A DNA stretch of 64,000 nucleotides from Octopus vulgaris (Eukaryota), in contig OX597819.1 of the NCBI GenBank assembly GCA_951406725.2, positions 66,030,001 through 66,094,000 of the forward strand, given 5' to 3'. The position numbers were made by a program, and so were the translations under genes. Every line of letters starts with the position of its first letter. The stretch's first letter is position 1. The notes below the pieces were generated by a model that searched no databases, was not told where the DNA came from, and saw only the letters and a list, made by a program, of their open reading frames with translations. Shown in pieces: positions 40,752 through 56,107 of the stretch.

Positions 40752-41336
40752 TCATCATCATCATCATCGTTTAGCGTCCGTTTTCCATGCTAGCATGGGT
40801 TGGACAGTTCTACTGGGGTCTGTGAAGCCAGAAGGCTTCATCAGGCCCAGTCAAATCTGGCAGTGTTTCTACGGCTGGATGCCCTTCCTAACGCCAACCA
40901 CTCCGTGAGTGTAGTGGGTGCTTTTTACGTGCCACCCGCACAGGTGCCAGACAGAGCTGGCAAACGGCCACGAACGGATGATGCTTTTTATGTGCCAGGC
41001 GAGGCTGGCAACGGACACGAACGGATGGTGCTTTTTACGTGCCATCGGCACGAGGCCAGTCGGGGCGGTGCTGGCAACGGTCGCGAAACGGAAGGTTCTC
41101 TTACATGCCACCGGCACTGGTAACACATCTGCAATTTCCATTGATCGATTTCCATTCTGATCCTCACTTGCCTCAACGGGTCTTCACAAGTAGAGTTTCG
41201 ACATACCACCGGCACTGGTAACACCTCTGCAATTTCCATTGATCGATTTCGATTCTGATCCTCACTTGCCTCAACAGGTCTTCACAAGTAGAGTTTTGTG
41301 TCCCAAGAAGGGAAGTATGCATACGTAGGCTGGCTC
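40752..41336 (-). mobile_element. 3' UTR-only copy of the same RTE LINE as 16769-19675
   Basis: Reverse complement matches 19105-19675 closely, including the duplicated ~98-bp unit and the (GAT)n tail. Confidence 0.9.
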
Positions 41337-41339
41337 CTT

Positions 41340-43742
<2,403 letters not shown>

Positions 43743-44797
43743 ATATATATATATAGTGACAATATATGACTACACAATCTCATGGAAATATGCATTTATG
43801 TACACATGTTTATATTACTGTTTATGTGTGTATGTATATATATGTATGTGTATTCATATCAACAAACACACATGTATACGCTTATAAAAATGTGTGTGTA
43901 TGTGTGTATGTTATGTCTTTGACGACCCTTCAGAAATAAAAAGGAATTTCTAAGTTTCGACAGCCAATTGCCAACATCTGACAATCTGCCATTTATTCTT
44001 TATGTTTTTACGTGTTCTTCATTGGCATTTATTCTGCTGGACTGCTCAACCTTAAATGTACTGAATTAACTCTGCTCACATCCATTCACCTCTGCTTTCT
44101 CTTATCTTTTCCCTATGATTTATAAACAGTTGTTTGTACTACTGCATAAGAGCACAGGCTTGGTCGAATGTTTAAGACGTTTGCTTCATATTCCCAAGGT
44201 GTCTAGATCAATCCTACTACACAGCAGTACATCATCAAGTGTCTTTTTACTTACTTACTCACTTAGGTTCATCCAAGTTGAACCAAGTTCAAGCGATGGT
44301 GTGGGACAAACACAGACACATATATACATATATATATCCGATAGGTTTCTTTCAGTTTCAGTCTACCAGATCCACTCACAAGGCTTTTGTCGGTCCAAAG
44401 CTATAATAGAAAATACTTACCTAAGGTGCTATACAGTGGGACTGAACCCAGAACCATGTGGTTGGTAAGCAAGCTACTTACGACACAGCCACACCTGCTC
44501 ATATTTATACACACACACACCGTTATTATTTACAAGAACATGCACCTTCGTTTTGGGTTCACCAGTATTTTATTATGTCCTCTTCTTCCTAGCTCTCCTG
44601 TGTGACCCCATGATAGATCACTCGCCACTAAACCTTTTTCTATTTTCTCTCCCTGTTTATTTCTATGTTCCTTTCTGTGGAAGTACGTAGGCTCAAACTG
44701 TAAAAGACTTTCTCACTTCCCGAGCGTTAAACTAATACATCTGTTTGTTGTTTACACACCCGTTTTCATCTTTTGTTCTTTTGTAAATTCTCAATAT

Positions 44798-44833
<36 letters not shown>

Positions 44834-45218
44834 CACTGCTATTATACAAAAGTGTCATAAGTCCAAAACGTTGCTTTTTCAGAAAACGAAAGAATAGTTT
44901 TTGTTTCACCATTCCATTTCTGTTGACATTAGCAACAGTTTCAGCTTAACAATACTTCGTTGGGTGCATAAAATTGTAACTCTATGCATGTATGATATTT
45001 TCAGTCAGAAATGCTTTTGCAAAATTATCACATGTGGGACTCACTACACTTCTGAAAAATGCTAAACCGTTGTATTAAAACTTTGACAATTTTCATATCT
45101 TGGCAGCTGGAGATACTATGGTTTGACCAAAAGAACCAGCTATTGTAAGCAAAATCAAATATTGAAACAAAACGAATTTGACCAAATTTGGATATACAAC
45201 AGCTTAACATAATAGCAA

Positions 45219-45388
<170 letters not shown>

Positions 45389-45461
45389 GTCCCATTTTTG
45401 TATCACCTAATTGTCTGGATGTTTTGCGCTCTTGTCCCATTTTGTATTTTATATATATTTG

Positions 45462-45677
45462 TTTTTATAAACTTAAAGCTTATAGTAATCACCGTGCAAA
45501 TGACTAAAGAAATAGTCTAATAATGGGGCATATAAGCTCTCAACTGAAAAAAGTAAGCTTTCTCATGCGTACGGGAAACCCTACTTTTTTTCTGTTGAGG
45601 GCGTATATGCCCCATTATTAAACTGTTTTCTTCAGTCATTTGCATGGTGATTGCTATAAGTTTTAAGCTTATAAAAA
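45462..45677. mobile_element. palindromic MITE
   Basis: Near-continuous imperfect palindrome centred at 45568/45569 with ~107-bp arms. Confidence 0.8.
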
Positions 45678-45747
45678 TATACTGTTATTATTATTTACAG
45701 AACTGTAAATCTCAACACTTCTTAACAAAACCATTCACACCGAAAAA

Positions 45748-45785
<38 letters not shown>

Positions 45786-47155
45786 TAATATAAATAGGTA
45801 GATAGGTAGGTGTATATGCTGATAGACATGTATTCATTTAATGAGTATATATGCTCGTTATGTACACACATGGATAGATAGAGGTAGATATAGTAATTCC
45901 TCACCATGTCACCGTTTATCTATCGCGGTTTATTATTTAAGCTTGCTTCAATCCCTCTAGCATTTTGCATTTATAATAAAATAAATAGATAGAAGTTATA
46001 AAAATGTTAGAGAAATATACAGTACAGTACTGTTTGCACTTCCTGGATTTTCACCTATCATGGGGGAGGGGTGTGTTGGAACGTAAAAAGCCACGATGGT
46101 TGTGGGATTAATGTACATCCATATTTTTATATATACATAATACATACAATCATGTAAAATGTCGGAAATGTATGACACAACTTGTATGATGTCAGTGCTC
46201 ATATACTACAACCTTACACACTCACACACACATGCACACATATACATGTAATCTTGTAATGTCTATACACACATTAATAAACACATATAGTCATGTATTC
46301 CTGCATCTGTTTAATTGGAGTCTGGACAGCTCTCTGGCTGATTGCCTCCTGTCAAACTGTCTAACCCATTCCAGCATGGAAAACAGACGTTAAACGATGA
46401 TGAGGCACACACATGCATATACATGCACAACACATATAGATGCTCATATTACATGCACACACACAGATGCACACATGCACATGCTTGTGCACACATGCAC
46501 ATCCACTGTCACACACACATACACACACACACTTGTACTCTGTGTTCAAAGTCCAATTAGGTAGTATCTGTGTGTATATATGTGATTGTCTGTTTGTATT
46601 GCATATGTATTTATGCAAGTTTTTATGTATGTGTATATATCGGTGTTTTTATCTCCATTCAGACACGTTTACGTAAATGGATGTGTTTAGTCACGTGTGT
46701 GTGTGTGTGTGTGTGTGTGTATGATATTATTCCAGTGTTCTGTCCTTAGCAAATATTTGGCAAGCAACTGAGCAGATAATATCAATTGTTTCTCCAAACT
46801 ATTCTCATCTACCCTGATGTCTAAAATTGGACATCTAATCATATTTGGTTCTTCCACATGGCAAGGCTAAAATGTCAATGGAATGATTTAAGTAGTATGT
46901 ACATGTCTGTGATTGTTGATATGTATGTGTCTGTCTGTGTGTGTGTGTGATTTTGTGAGTGTGTGGATGTTGTTGTATGGGCATGTGCATTGCATTTACC
47001 AAAATTTTACATATGCGTTTACTCACATCTATTGAATTTTAATAAATTAGATAAAATCTAAAGGAATTAACTCAAACAGTTAATAACATGAATGTTATAT
47101 ATTATTTTGTAAAAATATGTTTTGTTTTTATCTCTTCATAATCCTATTATGTGTA

Positions 47156-47186
<31 letters not shown>

Positions 47187-47214
47187 AGGCATGTGTTTGC
47201 ATGTCAGAACCTCT

Positions 47215-47895
47215 CCTGCTTGTTCATTCTTGTCACACTTGTTCACTTGTCATACTCATTCATTTGTCATACCTGTTGACTTTTTATACTTATTCACTTG
47301 CCATACCTTTTCATTTGCCATACTAGTTCATTTGTGCCATTCTTTTCACTTATCACTCTTGTTCACTTGTCATACTCATTCGCTTCTGTTAAACGCTTCC
47401 GTACTTGCTTATCATACATGTCCACTTGTGTCTTACTCATTTACTTCTGTCTTTCTTGTTCACTTGCGCCTTACTTGTCCACTTGTGTCTTACTCATTCA
47501 CTTGCATCTTACTCATTCACTTGTGTCTTACTTGTTCACTTGTCTTACTCATTCACTTGTCTTACTCGTTCGCTTGTGTCTTACTCGTTCGCTTGTGTCT
47601 TACTCGTTCTCTTGTGTCTTACTCGTTCGCTTGTCTTACTCGTTCGTTTGCATCTTACTTGTTCACCTTTGTCTTTCTCATTCACCTGTGTCTTTCTCGT
47701 TCACCTGTGTCTTTCTCATTCACCTGTCTTTCTCGTTCACCTGTGTCTTACTCGTTCACCTGTGTCTTACTTGTTCACCTGTGTCTTACTCATTCACCTG
47801 TGTCTTACTCGTTCACCTGTGTCTTACTTGTTCGCTTGTCTTACTCATTCGCTTGTCTTACTTGTTCGCTTGCGTCTTACTTGTTCACTCATGTC
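47215..47895. repeat. 17/19-bp minisatellite (CACTTGTGTCTTACTCATT / CGCTTGTCTTACTCGTT)n
   Basis: About 25-30 variant units, most regular at 47420-47890. Confidence 0.85.
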
Positions 47896-48649
47896 AGAAG
47901 TTTTCATACTACTTCTAGCACACTACTTATGAAGAATATAGTGTAAACAGTTGGGCACCATAGAACAGACAATAGACTTGCATTAGTTATTAACATAATT
48001 TCATTTTAATTTAAAGAGTTCAAATTCTACTGCAGTCAACTTTGCCTTCTAAATGAAACTGAAGAAAAGGAGATGTATAGAAACCCATCATGTGAATTGC
48101 ACCTGTAACCCAAATGAGATAGTCTTGTCATACCCGTTGTGCTCTCCTGATTGGTCATAAGAATTATGTTACAGGTGCACATGTACTTGTGGAATAATAC
48201 TCAGTCACTTTCAGGTTAAAGTCATGAGCGTATAATTTGGCTGATTGAACAAGTGAATCTTATTTTTGAATGATAGAGATCTATCATCATCATAGGTCCT
48301 GTTTCCATTGTGGCACGAATACGATGGTTTAACCACATTAAGTTCCAGCTTTATTTTATACAGGGTTTCTGCAGCCAGATGCCCTTCTTAACACCAAATA
48401 TACAAATAAGATGCAGGCACGGCTGTGGGGTTAAGAACCTTGATTCTCTATGAAATGGTCTTGGGTTCAGTCCCACTGTATGGTACCTTTGGCAGGTGCC
48501 TTTCTATAACAGTCTTAGGCTGACCAGAGCCTTACAAGTTGATTTGGTTGATGGAAGCTGAAGTGCATCACTTACTCGTAACAGTGTGCATATATTTCTG
48601 ATTACCATTTTTCATGGCATCATGTGATTGTTGTAAACAAGCATGTGGT

Positions 48650-49112
48650 ATGTAAAAAGCACCATTTGAGTGTGACCAATGCCAGTGTCACCTGACTGAC
48701 TCGTAAGAAGCATCATTCAAGCGTGGTCAATACCAGTGCTGCCTGACTCACCCCCATCTCAGTGGTACGTAAAAATCACCATTTGAGCATAATCGGTGCC
48801 AGTTGTATGTAAAAAGCACCATTCGAGTGTGGTCGATGCCAGTACCACTTGACTGGCTTCAGTGACAGTGGTGCATAAAAAGCACCATTTGAGTGTGGTT
48901 AGTGCCACCTGACTGGCTCCCATGCTGGTGGCATGTAAAAAGCACCCACTACACTCTTGGAGTGGTTGGCTTTAGAAAAGACGTCCAGCTGTAGAAACCT
49001 TGCCAGAACAGATTTGGACCTGGTGCAGACTCCTGGCTTGCCAGTCCTCAGTCAAACCGTCCAACCCATGCCAGCATGGAAAGCAAAAGTTAAACGACGT
49101 CGATGATGATGA
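48650..49112 (+). mobile_element. RTE-tail repeat family B with tandem AAAAGCACCATT subunits
   Basis: 3' end homologous to the RTE LINE 3' UTR (GGAAGGGCATCCAGC...CCGTCCAACCCATGCCAGCATGGA...GATGATGAT). Other copies at 4590-4920(-), 7960-8285, 8850-9180(-), 9910-10292(-), 35900-36065(-), 37250-37430(-), 38490-38678, 39920-40300(-), 46315-46402 and 51510-51785. Confidence 0.8.
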
Positions 49113-49341
49113 TCACCATCATTCAAGCAATGTTGTTCATTTCCAGTCCTCTGTAGGATGCATGTCTGGCTATGGGGAAATGTTTCCTTGTTTGGAGACC
49201 AGTGAGGGCTTGTGACAAAAAGGGCATCCAGTTGCAGAAAATCTGCCTCAACAAATTCTGTAAGTAAGGAAAAGTAGATACTAAATGGCAATAATGATGA
49301 AACATATACTCGTGTACACACATGTATAACATGTAGGTAGG

Positions 49342-49656
49342 ACATTATTTAAATTATTTACATTTGACGGATATTTGTCCTCATTTTGTTTGTTGTTAAC
49401 ACAACGTTTCGGTTGATACACTCTCCAGCCTTCATCAGATGTCTTGGGGAAATTTTGAACCTGGATTCTCATTCCTAAGGTCACATCAAAAATTAATACC
49501 TTAGGAATGAGAACCCAGGTTCGAAATTTCCCCAAGACACCCGATGAAGGCTGGAGAGTATATCTGCCGAAACGTTGTGTTAACAACAAAGATGACAAAT
49601 ATCTGTCAAATGTAAATAGTGTAAATAATTCCACATCACTCAAATTTAGAAATGTA
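49342..49656. mobile_element. hammerhead-bearing element, copy 4: two head-to-head inverted bodies without tRNA head
   Basis: 49353-49481 is the reverse complement of 49498-49620. Hammerhead-like cores lie at 49398-49443 (-) and 49536-49581 (+). Confidence 0.85.
49398..49443 (-). ncRNA. minimal type I hammerhead ribozyme motif
   Basis: Minus strand: GACAU CUGAUGA A GGCUG GAGAGUGUAU CAACC GAAACGUU GUGUU. Confidence 0.55.
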
Positions 49657-50223
49657 TGTAGAAATTCTATATTGTGTAAGCAATATACTCTGTAAGGGCA
49701 CAAGATGTGTGATGGGAGCACAGGTATGTTGAGAGGGAATACTTCGTCTGTGGCAGATCTGCTGGAGTATCTTTCTGTGAGTGCACCTATGAAATAAGCT
49801 CTTTCACAGACTCAGAATTATAGAAGAGCCAAGCTAAGTGATTATGAATCTGGTTTTGTAACCCTCAGATCCTGGTTTCAATTTCATTGCATTGTACATA
49901 GGCAGATGTTTTCTTTTACAATGGACCTGACAGTAAAATCAGATGGCAGCTATGTAGAAGTCGGTTTGATTCTGTGATACATATCTCGTCTTTATATAGG
50001 AATTGCACTCGAGATACTTATGTCCATGGAATGCTCGGCTGGTTTGGACACTAGATAAGTTAAAAGGTCTTCTTGTTGATCAAGAAAATAAATGTCATAT
50101 GTCATTCTCAGCAAAAGAGTTATCATCATCACCAACACCATTAAATTTATGTGTGCGTGTGTGTGTACACATACCTATACTCATACACACACTGAGATGC
50201 ATGCATAAGATTGTGCATATGTA

Positions 50224-50267
<44 letters not shown>

Positions 50268-51797
50268 AGCATTTGTATGGTGTGTGTGTGTAATGTATGA
50301 ATATATGGATGCATGTATACGCATCTGTGTGTGTGTATGTGTGTGTATTTGTATGCAGACTTTCCTTTATGCATATTTTATGAAACAAAACTGACATCTT
50401 GTTAACCAACTTAATGATAAACCATTGATATTATCTAATGGTGTGTCTGGCTATTAGATAGGAAAGGATTGCTATAGAAACACACATATGCATGCACCCC
50501 CCTACACACACATACACGCACACACACACACCTTCACACTCAATTGATCTTCTGTCTACACTTGTGGCCATCTTTACTACTGAGAATAAATTCCAAATAA
50601 ATTCTCTTTGCTATGCTAATGTAGTATGATAATGAAACAGATGTCTATGTTTTTCTATAATTTCACTGGTGGGGAGAGTAAGGTGTCCATAGGTCAATAT
50701 TGGCCTTGTATCTGCATGGTCAACCTTTTGTGTAGACTTGGACAGCGTTTGTTGAAGAAGACTCGTGGCTGCACATGTCTGCCAGTCGTCAAGTTTTCCT
50801 TTCCTGTATTACTCACGTTTACACAGAGGAGAGACCCTCAGCTTGGGTTCATATGACAAGGTATCTGTGTAATTGTAGATGGCACTTTCAGGATAAAAGA
50901 GCTGGAACAGGTATTGCATGGCATCTATTTATCAGTGTTTCTGATCCACTGTTCAGGGTTAGGGTGGTATTTATTGGCCCTGAAATACTGAGAGACAGGG
51001 TTGACATCAGTGGAAATTGAACTCAGAGTGTGGAGATTCAGAATGAATACTGTGAGGTACAGCCCTATTATTTTGCTGTTGGACATGAAAATGGCTGTGT
51101 ATAATGCTACTGCTCATTTACATCCTCTACAGGATATCACAAGAAGGGTACATACAATCATACACACACTCATGTGCACACACATATAAGGCTGCTTTCA
51201 GTTTCTGTCTACCAGATCCATTTACAAGGCTTCAGTAGAAGACACTTGCCAAAGGTATGCTACACAGTGGTACTGAACTCAAAGCGACATGGTTGAAAAG
51301 CATGCTTCTCAGCCATACTGCCACATCTGTAGGCAGCTTGGTTTTGTATTTTGGACTTCTTCATCATGGAGTTACAGAACAGTAGATTGTGGATGAATAA
51401 TATTATCATTGTAATTGTCTTTGTTTTATGTTTTAGAGGAAAGGAAAAACAGGAGAAATTGAGCTGGAATCAGAAATAGTTATAGACATCGAAATAATTT
51501 TAAATGACACCCTGTAAAAAGCACTTGTTGCTGGCTCCACAAAAATGTGCTGATACTGGCGCTACATAAAAGAGCACCTGTGCCGGCGCTATGTACAAAA
51601 ACACCTACACTGTTGCTATATAAAAAAGTACCAATTATACACTCAGAGGGATTGGCATTAGGAAGGGCATCCAGCTATAGAAACCAAGCCAAATCAGACT
51701 AGAGTCTGGTACAGCCTTCCAGTTTGCCAATGCTGGTCAAACCGTCCAATCCATGCCAGCATGGACAATGGATGTTAAATGATAATACTGATATATA

Positions 51798-52014
51798 CAA
51801 GGGGGTACTGAAATGTTCCTGGCTTTGGGTAAAAGAAAATGCAGGAGGATCAGTTACTTATGATTCTATCCAATATATTCCCCTCTCAGATTCACACACT
51901 TATAGAACCAGTCCTTCAGTTTTCTTAAGTCCTGTAAAAGAATTTGGAAAGTTGGTATTCTAAACAGGCCTTTCACTATACTTTTAATGCCAGGAACTTT
52001 TCAGCTGCCTCTCA
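51798..52014. mobile_element. mariner-type MITE
   Basis: TIRs CAAGGGGGTACTGAAATGTTCCTGGC / GCCAGGAACTTTTCAGCTGCCTCTCA flanked by TA. Confidence 0.75.
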
Positions 52015-52338
52015 TATATGTGTACATACACATATATAACAAATATATATGATGATACACACACACGCACACACACACATACACACACATATATATATAT
52101 ATATATTTTTATTTCCTGTTCACCATGTGGTATTTTCAAAGTAATTGTTATCGCTAAATACTAACATCAAACTACTATATCATATGACCTTTCTCGACAA
52201 ATCGCAGGCTAACATCCAGTAGTAAACATTGACCCTACAATCGAACTCACATTCAGACCCCAATGGCCGAAGACACACTTGAAACTCAGAGTACTACGTC
52301 GACTGAATCAAACTGTTTTGATCTCTCTCTCTCTCTCT

Positions 52339-52409
<71 letters not shown>

Positions 52410-52611
52410 ATATATATATATATATACATACATACACCAGAGTAAGCACATAAATCTGAAACAAGGTGGGGAAAAATATTACTTGAATACCAGAGGTAGA
52501 GTATTATGCTTTAATACTAAAGCTGCAAAAACATCACAAAAATATCACAAAAATTTGCTACTCAGACTTTCATGTTCCTAATTGTCAGACAGTTGTGACT
52601 CTTATTAGAGT

Positions 52612-52684
<73 letters not shown>

Positions 52685-52689
<5 letters not shown>

Positions 52690-52862
52690 TGTGTCTGGGG
52701 AGAGTCATTCTCTTTTAGTGCTTTATCATTCAGCAACTATTGAAAAGGTTGCAATATGCAATGAAAATTTTAGAAAAATAAATACATGAGTAGAAATTTT
52801 ATCGGTGAGTGTGTTAAACAATAAGGCACTAAAAGAGAATGATTTTCCCGAGACACAATAAA
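52685..52862. mobile_element. MITE with ~45-50-bp inverted repeats
   Basis: TTTATTGTGTCTGGGGAGAGTCATTCTCTTTTAGTGCTTTAT / ATAAGGCACTAAAAGAGAATGATTTTCCCGAGACACAATAAA, next to (TA)n. Confidence 0.7.
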
Positions 52863-52927
52863 GTTTGCTTCAACACACGAACTCACATAAAGAATCTTGC
52901 AAACCAAAGCCAAAAACGAAATATTTA

Positions 52928-52996
<69 letters not shown>

Positions 52997-53727
52997 CTAT
53001 ATAATGTTTGTGTGTGTATATCTCATGTGATCTACCAGACTCTCAGACGTTATTCATTGCTGGTCACAATGCACTGTGCATCAATTTAGCTTTGGAATGA
53101 TGCCACCCAGCTGGGTAGGCATGAATGGAAGACTGCTCTGTCACAGGGTGTACCCATTTACAGCTGAGTGGACTCTAGTGACATGAAATGAGATGTTTTG
53201 TTTAAAAACACAATGCACAGCTCGTCTGGGAATTGAAACCATGATCACGAGGGCAACACTTCTAACCACTTGGGTATGCACCTTCCCATACGTGTGTCTG
53301 CGTGTGGTTGCAAATGTGTTTTTGTATTTGTGTGTGTGAGTGTGTTTGTATATTTGTGATTTTGTGTCTGTAGTATATACAAAAATGAAGCAAATTTAAC
53401 TCTTTCTCTATAGATTGAAGAAAAAAAAAATGAACTGCCTTAATTGATTTTCAAACTTTATTGGGTTCTGTTCACTCTCTCCATATATAATACACCAAAC
53501 ACACACACACCACCACGCTACACCACACCACACACATATTTATAATACGTACAATATAGCCTCAGACACATACAACACTAACACTTTCTCCTGTTTGTAC
53601 TTTTTTTTTCTTTTTTTTTTTCCTCCATTTCCCAAGAGTGTCAATTCTGATAATGTGATGTAAACGTGCAATAATGAATGTCGTGTCCAGTAGCTGTTTT
53701 GGCAAATATTTTCATTTACTTTCACAG

Positions 53728-53735
53728 CTCAACTG

Positions 53736-53770
<35 letters not shown>

Positions 53771-54017
53771 ATAATAATAATGATAATACTATTAAAACTA
53801 TTACTAATGCTGGTGCTGCTGCTGCTACTACTACTACTACTACTACTAATAATAATAATAATAATAATAGCATTGAAAAGAATTCCCTCTTCATTGCAGA
53901 TAAGGAAGGGCTTCAAAGCCTGAAAAGAAGCCCAGTCAGTCTGTCTGTGTGTTCACCTGCATTCCTTAAGGAATCTCTTGTTGTTCTTACTCCCAGGAAT
54001 TCAGTCAACAATGGAAG
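53728..54017 (+). other. candidate upstream (5' leader) exon of the mannosidase transcript, containing ACT/AAT/GCT triplet repeats
   Basis: Acceptor TTTTCATTTACTTTCACAG ending 53727 and donor AAG|GTAATG at 54018. One frame (poly-Thr/Asn) is open throughout, and the sequence is not transposon-derived. Confidence 0.4.
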
Positions 54018-55379
54018 GTAATGATGTTTTAAAACGGTGGTGGTTTGGTCTAGATTTCCTAAGTTAACAGTTGTTTATGTTCCAAAGTTCCTACCCAGGC
54101 TTGTTCCAGCTCCTTAATAGATAAATAAATAAATATCGTTTGTAAAAAACATTAATCCAAAAGAAGCCGCACACTTTGAGATGTAGGGCAGTATATATTA
54201 AAAATGAGGAAGGCCGGTTTATGGGATTAATCAGATGTCCTGTCCATAAAGGGCTTAGCTTTATGGCATATCATTAGATCCCAAAAACCTGGGATGATGT
54301 GCTTGGTGTGAGGGCGGTAGGATGAGGTGAAGCCAAGGTAGGAGTATGTGTGTGTGTATTCACACAAACAGACATATTAGTGGCTTTTATGAGGGGCAGT
54401 GTGTATACCCCAGTCATTGTTGTAAGAAGTTATTCCTTTTTTAGTAGCTATTTTCTTTTTTTTTTAATACGTTAATGTTAAATATGCATCGAAATATACT
54501 ATTGATACTTTGCATGTTATTGGTTTCATTCACACATGGTATTTCCCGATCATATAACGACCACGCCATGTAGTTATTTTCAATTCTATCCTATTGCTAT
54601 AGAGAAGCAGAATGTGTTTTAGCTTTGGATCTGAAGGAATGAGTATGTTGTTTATGACTGCTTTTAAATGTGTTCTCCTTTACTCTCATGCAATTCTTTA
54701 CGATACCACCTGTGATGTTATTTTAGCTCTGTACACTTGTCTTTGTCAGGCACAAACCTTGACTTGGGCAGGTAACAATGTTGCTGCACTTGAATTCTCA
54801 TGGTTGATTTAGTTTATTCCTGGTACTGTTACTTCTGTTGCATTGAGCTGAATTGTGAATTATTTAATGCAATTCTGACTTTTACTCTATCCTCATAAAA
54901 TATGTAATACATAATTGATACAAATAAGAACATTTTAAAATTTGATTGCTCATAATATCAACAAGTCTTGTATCAGCAGCTTCTTCCTTTCTTTTGTGTG
55001 TACAAAACTTGAACGCTTCCTTTACATTTTCCACTGTCAACTGGTGTGCATTTATCGTATGTGATCTGCTGAAATACTTGGGTACACACATGCTTAAAGA
55101 CGTTTCTAATCTGCTACTGGGTTTAAGTGACAGGAGGTGGAGTTTCTGTTCATAATGATTGAAGCTGAAACACACCGGAAGGAAGATCCTCAAGGAGAGG
55201 TCACTTGCTCAAATATTCGATTGGATTGCAGTTCACTGCAGCGTAAAGGCCCAGCATGTTCTCTCCGTCAACCACAGCCTGATGTGGAGGTCGTGGATTT
55301 GAGCTTGAGATTATACGGTTTGATGAACCTACTCTGTCACACTGGCTCTACATGGCTTGGCAGAGAGGTGCAGTTTTTG

Positions 55380-56090
55380 TACAGTTAATTCGGTTACATC
55401 GACCCCAGTGCTAAGACAGCAAGATAGCAGAACTGTTGTAGCATAAGAAAATATGGTTGTGGTTCGTCCCCATTACTCCGTAAGGAGCACAGGGCTGTTT
55501 TCCTGATTTCACTGGCATATATATTTCTTCTCTGGACGAGACACCGGTCCGTCGCGGGATTACTCATTCTTACCAGCCAAGTGGACTGGAGTAGCATGAA
55601 AATGAAAGAAAGAATGAAAGTTAAAATCCGCATCTGTGGAATTTGAACTGAGAATGTAAGGACGGACGAAATACCATTAACCATTTCGCCCAGCGTGCTA
55701 ACCATTCTGCCACTTCGCTACCTATAGCTCAAATATAACAATGTGTAATAATCCTTTCTACTGGAAAAACAAAGCCTCAAATTTGGAAGAAGGGATTAAG
55801 TCGATTACATCGACACCAGTGCGTAACTGGTACTTATTTAATCGATCCCGAAAGGATAAAAGGCATAGTTCACCTCACCGAAATTTGAACTCAGAACGTA
55901 GCGACAGACGAAGTATCGCCAAGCAATTTCGTCCAGTGTGCTAACGATTCTGCCAACTCGTTGCCTTAACATTGTGTAATAGCAACGTTGTTTCTGATTT
56001 TGGCACAATGCCAGCAGTTTTTGAAGGGTGGTGGTGTATTAGTTGATATTTTCAACCCTAGTACTTGTTTAATATTTTGTTGACCATCAA
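55380..56090 (-). mobile_element. tandem SINE family C copies, one interrupted by another SINE fragment (55440-55600)
   Basis: Family C segments at 55380-55430, 55610-55720, 55745-55968 and 55990-56090. Confidence 0.7.
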
Positions 56091-56107
56091 AGTATTACGA
56101 TTATAAT

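Noticed and set aside
51437-51513. Possible coding exon (RKGKTGEIELESEIVIDIEIILND) after TTTGTTTTATGTTTTAG
   Set aside because: The acceptor is plausible, but there is no good donor, the frame stops at once, and I recognise no homology.
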